From an uncultured archaeon (GTDB lineage: Archaea > Iainarchaeota > Iainarchaeia > Iainarchaeales > 0-14-0-20-30-16), in the NCBI GenBank assembly GCA_964565125.1, contig CAZMCX010000004.1, forward strand, positions 1 through 22,711: a stretch of 22,711 nt of DNA, given 5' to 3'. Below the pieces are notes generated by a model, which ran no database searches, was not told the DNA's origin, and was given only the letters and a program-made list of their open reading frames with translations. Position numbers and translations under genes: made by a program. Positions 12,534 to 20,214 of this stretch are shown piece by piece (positions within the stretch are counted from its first letter, which is position 1; the number at the start of each line of letters is the position of its first letter).

Positions 12534-15500
12534 TAAAGGTCCTCTTATGCTATTAGTACTGGTCAGCTGAATATCTCGCCGAAGCTCGATACTTACACTT
12601 CCAGCCTATCAACCCAGTCTTCTACTGGCGCATTAGTCTGTCCGAAGACAGAGTGACGATCTATTTTTAGGGGGGACTTCAAGCTTAGATGCTTTCAGCT
12701 TTTATTCCTTACGGCGTGGCTACCCAGCGCTGCCCTCCCGGACAACTGGTAGACTAGAGGCCGCGACCTTTTGTTCCTTTCGTACTAGAAAGATCTTCCC
12801 TTCAGATCATCAACAGTCCCAACAGATAGTAAACAAACTGGCTCGCACCGTTCTTAACCCAGCTCACGTACGGCTTTAATGAGTTAACCCCTCCACCCTT
12901 GGCTGCTTATGCACAGCCAGGATGCCATGAGCCGACAACGAGGTAGCAAACCGCGGGGTCGATATGTACTCTTGCCCGCGACAACCCAGTTACCCCCAGG
13001 GTAGCTTCACTATCAGACCAGACTGCCACCAAAGCAGTACTGACGATCATTAAGCCCTTCTTTCGAATCTGCATTCCTTGTTTTGCAGAACACAGTCAAG
13101 CCTGCTTTTGCCCTTACACTCGACAGGATGTTCCTAACACCCTTGAGCAGACCTTTGGGTTCCCCTGATACCTTTTCAGGGGAGTACCGCCCCAGCCAAA
13201 CCACCAACTCTGCAGGTGTCCCCCTTTCGGGGTGAGTCTTAGAATTTCTGAAGGTTAGTGTCCCATTGACGTCTCCACAGTTCCTGACGAAACTGCTTCG
13301 AAGACTACTAACTACGCTGCACATCAAAAAGTCTAAAACAGCAACAGATTGTGGTAAAGTTCCGTGGGGACTTCACCTCCCATTGAGACTCCGTGGCATA
13401 TTCACCACGCAGTGGGTTCGTCGAGTTATAGTTAGGGACAGTGGGAATCTCGTTATTCCATTAATGCAAGTCGGCATTAAACCGACAAGGTATTACGCTC
13501 ATACTTGTTACTTCGCCCCCAAATAGGGTTACTTACCATCATATGTGATGGCGAGCTACTATTTCTAATAGCTTCTATATGTCACCATATAGATCGGACT
13601 ATATCTTCATAGCAAAGTTGTTTTGCTATGTTTGGCGTGTAGTCTCTGGGGATTCTTCTTTATTTCTAAAGAAGCCTTTCCTGCTGATTGTCTCTCATGA
13701 ACAGATTTTTAGGGTTCACTACCCTTTCACAAGAATAGTTGCCTACCATTCACTCAAAGAGAGTTTCCAGCATATAGCCAAATTTTATTAAGGCTACGAT
13801 TATAACCTTAAGAGCCTCAGAGTTAGGCCCGCTCTTTACCAGCGCTTAGACCCCTTGAAAAGGGTTTTCACGTACTGGCAGTGAGCAGAAGTCGGCCCCT
13901 ATACTAATCTTTTCAGACTCGCAGGGACCTACGTTTTTGATAAACAGTCGGACTCCCCTTGTTAGTGCCACCTACAGTTTACACAACTGCAGGCACCCCT
14001 TATACCAAAGATGCGGGGCTATTTTGCCGAATTCCCTTAACTATATTCTCTCGATACGCCTTGGCCTTCTCAGCCAGGGGCACCTTTCCCGGTTCTCGGT
14101 ACGGTCTGATGGAATCCTTATGATCTTTCTTTTCATGGTTACCAGGTGTGAAGAACAGCTTTCGCCCCATCACCTCTTAAAGCCCTTCTCGTCATTATAA
14201 CTCTCCAAGCTTATATTAGGATTGGATATTCTGGGAAGAATACGTTCTCTAACCCAATAAGTCAAAAGATCATCTATTGTTGCCAAATTGTATCCACCAG
14301 GTACAGGAATATGAACCTGTTTCCCTTTCCCCCTACTCGTGTTACGATAGGGGTTAGGATCGACTAACCCTTAGCTGATGATCAGTGCTAAGGAACCCTA
14401 GCCCTTTCAGCGGAGAGGGTTCTCACCTCTCATAGCTATTACTACCGCTAGGATCAATATTCCATATAGGTCCACAAGAACTCACGCCCTTGCTTCTGTC
14501 CTATAAGAAAACCTTCTTACAAGATATTACATACAATGCAATCTGCATGGTATCGGTGGTCTGTTTTAGCCCCGTATATTTTTGGTGCCCTCACTCTCGG
14601 AAGGTGAGTTGTTACACACTCTTTAAATGATAGCTACTTCTGAGCTTACATTCCCTCTGTCTTAGAGTAAAGACGCCCTTTATTTGCACTTAACAGACAC
14701 TTTGGGACCTTAACCACGCGCAGGGTTGTTTCCCTTTCGGACCGGAAGCTTACCCCCCGGATCCCAACTTCAACCTTCTTAGACAAATGGCGATTCGGAG
14801 TTTAGCAAAAAAGCCGGGGATCTCTCCCCAATACTTTTTGATCAGTGCTCTACCCACCATTTCGTCTCAGGTCAAGCTAACCTTAGAGCTATTTCAGAAG
14901 GAGCCTGCTATCACCAAGTTCGCATAGATTATCGCTCCCACTCCCAGGTCACCTAAACAGTTAGTCTAGAACTAGAAACGGACCTCCACCCCTTTGTAAA
15001 AGGGTTTCATCCTGCCCAGGAGTAAATCACTTGGTTTCAGGTCTGGTATCTGTGACTAAAGACGGATTAGCATCCTTGTCCTCACTAAAAGTTGCGACAA
15101 CTCGGTTTCCCTACGCCTACGAGGTTAAACCCCTTAAGCTTGCCACAGACACAAATTCCCTAGCCCGTGCTTCGTGACGAACGACGTAACACTATACAGA
15201 GCGCTTCGTTACCTTAGGCGCTCTACCTTTCGTGCCGCGTCCACCTATTACCATTTGGTTTCAGGTGCTTTTAACTCCCTACCAAGGGTACTTTTCAACT
15301 TTCCCTCACGGTACTCGTTCGCTATCGGTCTTGGAAGAATGTTTAAGATTGGGGGTTGGTACCCCCCGTATTCATACGCAAATGCCAATGCGTATTACTC
15401 TCGGTTACTATCAGATCTTTCTCTTATATAACTAAGGGGCTATCACCCGCTATGGCGCTTCTTTCCAGAAGTCTTCGTCTTTAAGAGTTAAGACCCTAAC

Positions 15501-15772
15501 TAGACCACACCACATCTCTCTCTAATTTCTTAGAGAGATTCAGTTTGTCTTCTGCCCTTTTCCTTCGCCAGTACTGGGGGCATCGCGATTGCTTTCTTTT
15601 CCTGCAGGTACTAAGATGCTTCAATTCCCTGCGTCTCCTCCCCTTTCGGGGTAATTCGGGTATCTCTGGTTCTAAGGTTGCGTGCACCTCGCCAGAGCTT
15701 TTCGCAGCTTGCCACGCCCTTCTTCGGCTTCCAAGCCAAGTCATCCACCAAATGGTTTACTAGGACCCTTAA
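12533..15772 (-). rRNA. rrl: 23S (LSU) rRNA, archaeal, containing one ~305-nt intron
   Basis: Conserved LSU blocks read on the minus strand:
- 5' GGTGGATGACTTGGCTTGGAAGCCGAAGAAGGGCGTGGCAAGCTGCGAAAAGC
- CCGACTGTTTATCAAAAAC
- GCGTAATACCTTGTCGGTTTAATGCCGACTTGCATTAATGG
- a 3'-terminal GCTGACCAGTACTAATAGCATAAGAGG
Helix 1 pairs TTAAGGGTCC (15772-15763) with GGACCTTTAA (12542-12533). Ends are accurate to a few nt. Confidence 0.93.
13500..13804 (-). other. ORF-less intron in 23S rRNA domain IV, between the H69 hairpin and the AGCG...CCUUG segment (about E. coli U1931/A1932)
   Basis: Upstream exon ends ...AGCGGGCCTAACTCTGAGGCTCTTAAGGT. Downstream exon resumes (A)GCGTAATACCTTGTCGG. Joining them restores the universally conserved ...CCUAAGGUAGCGxAAUxCCUUGUCGG block. 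The intervening AT-rich ~305 nt has no LSU counterpart and accounts for the excess rRNA length. Boundaries are accurate to about 3 nt. Confidence 0.7.
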
Positions 15773-15796
15773 CACTTTACTTGCCTATGCTAACTA
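15773..15796. repeat. 5' arm of the 23S rRNA processing stem
   Basis: Exact inverted repeat of 12423-12446. Directly abuts helix 1 of 23S. Confidence 0.8.
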
Positions 15797-15884
15797 TATG
15801 TGATATAAATATCACGAGTTACGCCAGAACAAAAAAACTTGTTCTAACTACTCATAACTCTCGGAAAGCCCATATTTTTACATA

Positions 15885-16049
15885 TGGACTCAGCGGGAAT
15901 TGAACCCGCAGCCTCGGCCTTACCCGCAGCCTTCTTAAGAAAAGATCTCAGGAATCCATGCCATTGAAAATGGCATTTTTTCCGTAAACGCTTTTTCCTA
16001 AAAAGGGTTTGTTGCAAGGGCCGCGCTCTCCCAGTTGAGCTATGAGCCC
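15885..16049 (-). tRNA. tRNA-Ala (anticodon UGC) with a 92-nt intron at the canonical 37/38 position (intron 15921-16012); CCA not encoded
   Basis: Exons fold as a cloverleaf:
- acceptor GGGCTCA/TGAGTCC with the G3:U70 alanine identity pair
- D arm GCTC-AACTGGGA-GAGC
- anticodon arm CGGCC-CTTGCAA-GGCCG
- T arm GCGGG-TTCAATT-CCCGC
- discriminator A
It lies between 16S and 23S, as is usual in archaeal rRNA operons. Confidence 0.9.
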
Positions 16050-16078
16050 GTAGACTGTTATTAAACAATTACGAAAAT
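16050..16078. repeat. 3' arm of the 16S rRNA processing stem
   Basis: gtagactgttatt (16050-16062) and acgaaaat (16071-16078) are reverse complements of aataacagtctac (17643-17655) and attttcgt (17628-17635). That gives two helices separated by an internal loop. Confidence 0.75.
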
Positions 16079-16081
16079 TCA

Positions 16082-17566
16082 GAAGGAGGTGATCCGTCCG
16101 CAGGTTCCCCTACGGACACCTTGTTACAACTTAGCCCTCCTCACGAAACAAGAAATCGAACTACCATTGAAGTAGCCCTCATTCTAGCCTCATTCGGGTG
16201 GCTTGATGGGCGGTGTGTGTAAGAAGCAGGGACACATTCACCGCGTGATAGTGACACGCGATTACTAGGGATTCCAGCTTCATGAGAATGAGTTACAATC
16301 CTCAATCCGAACCTAGACCGAGTTTCACGGATTACCTCCCTCTCTCGAGTTCGATACCCATTGTCTCGGCCAATGTATGCCGCGTGTTGCCCAGAAGATT
16401 CGGGTCATACAGACCTATCGTCGCCCACCCCTTCCTCTAGATTGCTCCAGCTGTCCTTTCATAGTGCGCCCTTCCGAAGAAAGACTAGCAAAAAAAAGCA
16501 TGGGTCTCGCCCGTTGCCTAAGTTAATAGGACACCTCACGGCACGAGCTGACGATGGCCATACAGCACCTCTCAGCGTGTCAGGTAACCCCATCAGAGTG
16601 ACCATCATCCTGCTGTCGCCCCTGGTAAGTTTCTTTGGCGTTGTATCCGATTAAACCGCAGCATCCACCCCTTGTGGTGCTTCCCCGCCAATTCCTTTAA
16701 GTTTCAGCCTTGCGACTATACTCCTCAGGCAGCAGACTTAACGGCTTCCCTACGGCACCCCGTAAATCCAAGATTAACGGGACACCTAGTCTGCAACGTT
16801 TACGGCTGGGACTAACCGGGTATCTAATCCGGGTCGCTCCCCCAGCTTTCATCCCTCACCGTCAGGTCCGTTCTCGTAAGTCGCCTTCGCTACTGGTGGT
16901 CCTCTATGGATTATCACATTTCACCGCTACCCATAAAATACCACTTACGTCTCCCGGCCTCTAGTCAAGTAGTATTCTCTGCAATTCAACAAGTTAAGCT
17001 TGTTAATTTCACAAAGAACACACTAAACAGGCTACGGATGTTTTAGGCCCAATATCCACGAGTACCACTTGTGGAGCACGTATTACCGCGGCGGCTGGCA
17101 CGTGTCTTTCCCTCCACTTATTCGCCAAGTTATTTACACTTGACAAAAGCTAGTAAAACTAGCACTAGGAATCCCCCTATCGCGCTTTCGCGCATTGTAG
17201 AATTTTCGCGCCTGCTGCACCCCGTAGGGCTAGGGGCCTTTTCTCAGTCCCCTTCTCCGGGCTCCCCCTTGCAGGGCCCGTACGGATCTCAGGCTTGGTG
17301 GGCCATTACCCCGCCAACAACCTAATCCGGCGCAGACCCATCCTAAGGCGCCAGCAAGAAAAGGCTTGCTGACTTTAATAAAAAGAGCATCCCAGCTTCA
17401 ATTTACTATGAGGTATTACTCTCAGTTTCCCGAGCTTAACCTCTCCTCAGGGTAGGTTGTCCACGTGTTACTGAGCCGTTCGCCGAAGGTATCCATATAC
17501 CTTCTAGACTTGCATGGCTTAGTCGAATTCCTATAGCAGTACTCTCCAGCGGGATCAGCTGGAATC
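16082..17566 (-). rRNA. rrs: 16S (SSU) rRNA, archaeal
   Basis: 5' ATTCCAGCTGATCCCGCTGGAG. Archaeal-type GTGCCAGCCGCCGCGGTAATAC (RC of about 17079-17100). 3' AAGTTGTAACAAGGTGTCCGTAGGGGAACCTGCGGACGGATCACCTCCT. Length about 1485 nt, with no insertion apparent. Confidence 0.95.
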
Positions 17567-17627
17567 ATATCGCAATATTAGTCTAAAAACATTCAGAAAT
17601 TGGTTTAATTATACACACATTATTTTG

Positions 17628-17655
17628 ATTTTCGTTTTTACCAATAACAGTCTAC
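17628..17655. repeat. 5' arm of the 16S rRNA processing stem
   Basis: Complementary to 16050-16078 (13 bp + internal loop + 8 bp). Confidence 0.75.
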
Positions 17656-17744
17656 ATCCTACCTAAAAAACCTTAGGTAATCATGGGATGGTTCTCAAAA
17701 ATTGAGAAAACCAACAAAAAAGCACAGCAAAAATCTTCTGCTAT

Positions 17745-17790
17745 GTAAATTTTTATAAAATATAAAGAGCCCCAAAAGCTTTATAAAGGC
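17745..17790 (-). promoter_or_regulatory. rRNA operon promoter region with two tandem TATA-like elements
   Basis: The minus sense reads CGAAAGCCTTTATAAAGC (TATA = RC of 17778-17789), followed by CTTTATATTTTATAAAAA (RC of about 17750-17767). This is about 180-220 nt upstream of the 16S 5' end. Confidence 0.45.
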
Positions 17791-17873
17791 TTTCGGCTTA
17801 TTCATTATGAAGGCTAAAGTGTCAAGGCTATTTTTTAGTTCATTATTTCAGTTAAAAAGTAAACAAAATTTAA

Positions 17874-18920
17874 TTATTCCGCAACAACCCTATTTCTTCC
17901 CTGCTCTTTTGCCTTGTATAATCTTTCATCCGCCAAAGACACAAGAAGATCTGGACTTACATCCTCAGTTTCATTAACACTTGCAACCCCGATACTAATA
18001 GTTACCTTGCCTACAGAAAACTCAGAATTATCAATTGCGAACCTAAGCCTTTCACCTACTACCTTTGCACCTTCTTTGTCACAATCTAACAGAACAATAA
18101 ATTCTTCTCCACCCCAACGACAAAGATAATCATGATTTCTTCCGGGCCTGCCCCTCAAACTACTAAACAAAATCTTTGCCAACTTTCTAAGAACTACATC
18201 CCCATTAAGATGGCCATAGGTATCGTTGATATTCTTGAAATGGTCTATATCTATTATTAATAAAGAGAACACGGCTTTTGTTTTTTTGTAATCTTCCAGT
18301 TTGTCATTAAAGTTTATTTCAAACGATCTTCGGATCGAAACCTTTGTCAAAGGATCCAATTGTTTGTCTATTACCGAAGCTATAAACCGCCCAATAGATG
18401 CAAAGTAAATTGCTGAGATCAAAAGCATTGTCTTTATGTCTCCTTCATACTTTAATTTTTTTAGTAAAAGATTCTTGCCTTTTATTATCACAATCCCAAT
18501 AACAGAATCATTGAATACCAACGGAACCAACAAAGTGCTTTTATCAAAAACAGAATCAATTAGAACTTTAGTATACCTAAAACTATGTGGAACCATGTTA
18601 TAAGCATAAATTATATTTTTCTTGTCTTTTGGATAAAAATATATTATCTCTTTGTCTTCAATTGATTTTAGAATATAATAATTCTCTGGAGTTATCTGGT
18701 TCAGATCTATCTCCTCAAGATGACTTTCTGTTTTTGTCCTATTTGCCAAACACACAAGGGTGTCTTTATCAAGTAAATAAACTCCCGCGGTTTCCACATT
18801 TTTTAGAGTATCCATTATTAACTCCAAAACCCTACTTAAATTTGTTTCATATTTAGAACTTAAGAGTGTACTCATGGTATAAAGTTCTTTTGCAAGGGCC
18901 CAGCCCCAAACTTTTTGCAT
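17874..18920 (-). CDS. GAF-like sensor + GGDEF-domain diguanylate cyclase, with active-site and I-site motifs intact
   Basis: IIDIDHFKNINDTYGHLNGDVVL, RNHD-YLCRW-GGEEF (GGEEF at nt 18113-18099, RxxD five residues upstream), and LYKAKEQGRNRV. The N-terminal ~160 aa are GAF-like. The track start is GTG 18929. ATG 18920 is preceded by AGGTG, which overlaps the transporter TAG. Confidence 0.9.
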   Translation of the reverse strand: MQKVWGWALAKELYTMSTLLSSKYETNLSRVLELIMDTLKNVETAGVYLLDKDTLVCLANRTKTESHLEEIDLNQITPENYYILKSIEDKEIIYFYPKDKKNIIYAYNMVPHSFRYTKVLIDSVFDKSTLLVPLVFNDSVIGIVIIKGKNLLLKKLKYEGDIKTMLLISAIYFASIGRFIASVIDKQLDPLTKVSIRRSFEINFNDKLEDYKKTKAVFSLLIIDIDHFKNINDTYGHLNGDVVLRKLAKILFSSLRGRPGRNHDYLCRWGGEEFIVLLDCDKEGAKVVGERLRFAIDNSEFSVGKVTISIGVASVNETEDVSPDLLVSLADERLYKAKEQGRNRVVAE

Positions 18921-18929
18921 TGATGACAC

Positions 18930-20153
18930 CTATAGGAAGAATGAAAAAATAAACAAAATTATTAGAACTAAAAGGTCTACATATAACATAGCCCGATATA
19001 GTTTATATATTCTTCCTTCAAGTGTAGAAAAAGATCTAGTAAATATCAAAAATAATAGCAAAAACAAGAACGTAGAAAATATCGTCAAATAAGATCCAAA
19101 CACTATATCCAAAAATTCAATAACCGCCACAGAAAACAAAGACGGAATCGCAAGAATTATCAAAACCACAAGAGCAATTAAGGCCACTTTTTTTATCTTT
19201 ACTTTATAATAATCTACAAAAGATGCAACTACAAGTTCAAACAAAGAAATTGTAGAAGTAAATGTAATTAAAAAAAGCAGTAAGAAAAATATTGGACCCA
19301 AAAAAAACAAGCCTTTAAAAGCCATAGTCAAAACATCAAAAACCAGCCTTGGTCCAGAAGCAAGATCTAAGCCATAACTAAACAAAAATGAGTAAATTAT
19401 TATCCCTATCAAAACAGATATCAAAAGACTAGAAAAAATTATACTTCCAATTGTAAAATTTAGGTTTTCTTTTTTCGAATAGCTCGCATAAGTCAACAAA
19501 ATTCCAAATCCAAGAGATAATGAAAACAGGGCGTGGGCAAAAGCAAGCACAATCGTCTTCAAAGAAATTGCTGAAGCATTAAAACTAAACATATATTTTA
19601 CTGCTGTTCCAAAACCTGGGCTTGCCACAGCATAGTACAATAACACAAATAAAAAAATAATAAACAAAACCGATGAAATATAGTTAACTACATTCACTCC
19701 TTTCTTTAGCCCAAATCTTACTGCCAAATAAACCAAGAATACAGTTATGAAAAAGGCAAAAAACATCAAGGCACTCCCAATGTAGGAATCAAATGACAAA
19801 AAGCCAGCAAAAGATGTGAAAAAGTATCCCAAAGTCCAAGAAGTCACTACTGAATAATAACTAAGCACAATCAAAGACACAAAGAGCAAAAACAAAGGAA
19901 TAAAAATAATATATCTTGACTTAAATTTCTCCTTAAACAGGCACATAACTGTGGTCTTATACTTTTGTCCAAGGTACATCTCAAAAAAAATCAAAGGAAT
20001 CCCAAGAACAAACACCGCAATAACATATAAAAACAAAAATGCAGAACCGCCATTACTTCCCATCAAATAAGGAAAACGCCAAACATACCCCAAGCCAATA
20101 ACTGATGCCATTATATTAAGAAATAAAGTCAATTTCCCAATATGTTCACGCAT
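18930..20153 (-). CDS. Neurotransmitter:sodium symporter (NSS/SNF) family transporter, short form
   Basis: N-terminal signature IGLGYVWRFPYLMGSNGGSAFLFLYVIAVFVLGIPLIFFEMYLGQ. The protein is highly hydrophobic and multi-TM throughout. 407 aa. Confidence 0.85.
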   Translation of the reverse strand: MREHIGKLTLFLNIMASVIGLGYVWRFPYLMGSNGGSAFLFLYVIAVFVLGIPLIFFEMYLGQKYKTTVMCLFKEKFKSRYIIFIPLFLLFVSLIVLSYYSVVTSWTLGYFFTSFAGFLSFDSYIGSALMFFAFFITVFLVYLAVRFGLKKGVNVVNYISSVLFIIFLFVLLYYAVASPGFGTAVKYMFSFNASAISLKTIVLAFAHALFSLSLGFGILLTYASYSKKENLNFTIGSIIFSSLLISVLIGIIIYSFLFSYGLDLASGPRLVFDVLTMAFKGLFFLGPIFFLLLFLITFTSTISLFELVVASFVDYYKVKIKKVALIALVVLIILAIPSLFSVAVIEFLDIVFGSYLTIFSTFLFLLLFLIFTRSFSTLEGRIYKLYRAMLYVDLLVLIILFIFSFFL

Positions 20154-20214
20154 AATATATATATTTCATATATCTATATATTATTAATAGTAAAAGAATA
20201 ACTGAGGAAAGAGA

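Noticed and set aside
15921-16012. C/D-box guide RNA embedded in the tRNA-Ala intron (as in some archaeal tRNA-Trp introns)
   Set aside because: A CUGA (D-box-like) is present, but I found no RUGAUGA C box or C'/D' pair.
12538-17566. About a dozen ORF-track entries of 67-104 aa lie on both strands inside the rRNA operon. Examples: 13013-13327, 13266-13526, 13579-13791, 13937-14200, 15174-15435, 15496-15903, 15844-16068, 16361-16654, 16710-16964, 17071-17325.
   Set aside because: They lie within clearly recognisable 23S, tRNA-Ala and 16S sequence, or within the 23S intron on the antisense strand. Their Arg/Ser/Pro/Cys-rich translations are typical of chance frames in G+C-rich RNA genes.
17914-18856. 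Plus-strand ORFs 17914-18129 and 18587-18856
   Set aside because: Both are antisense to the well-supported GAF-GGDEF gene.
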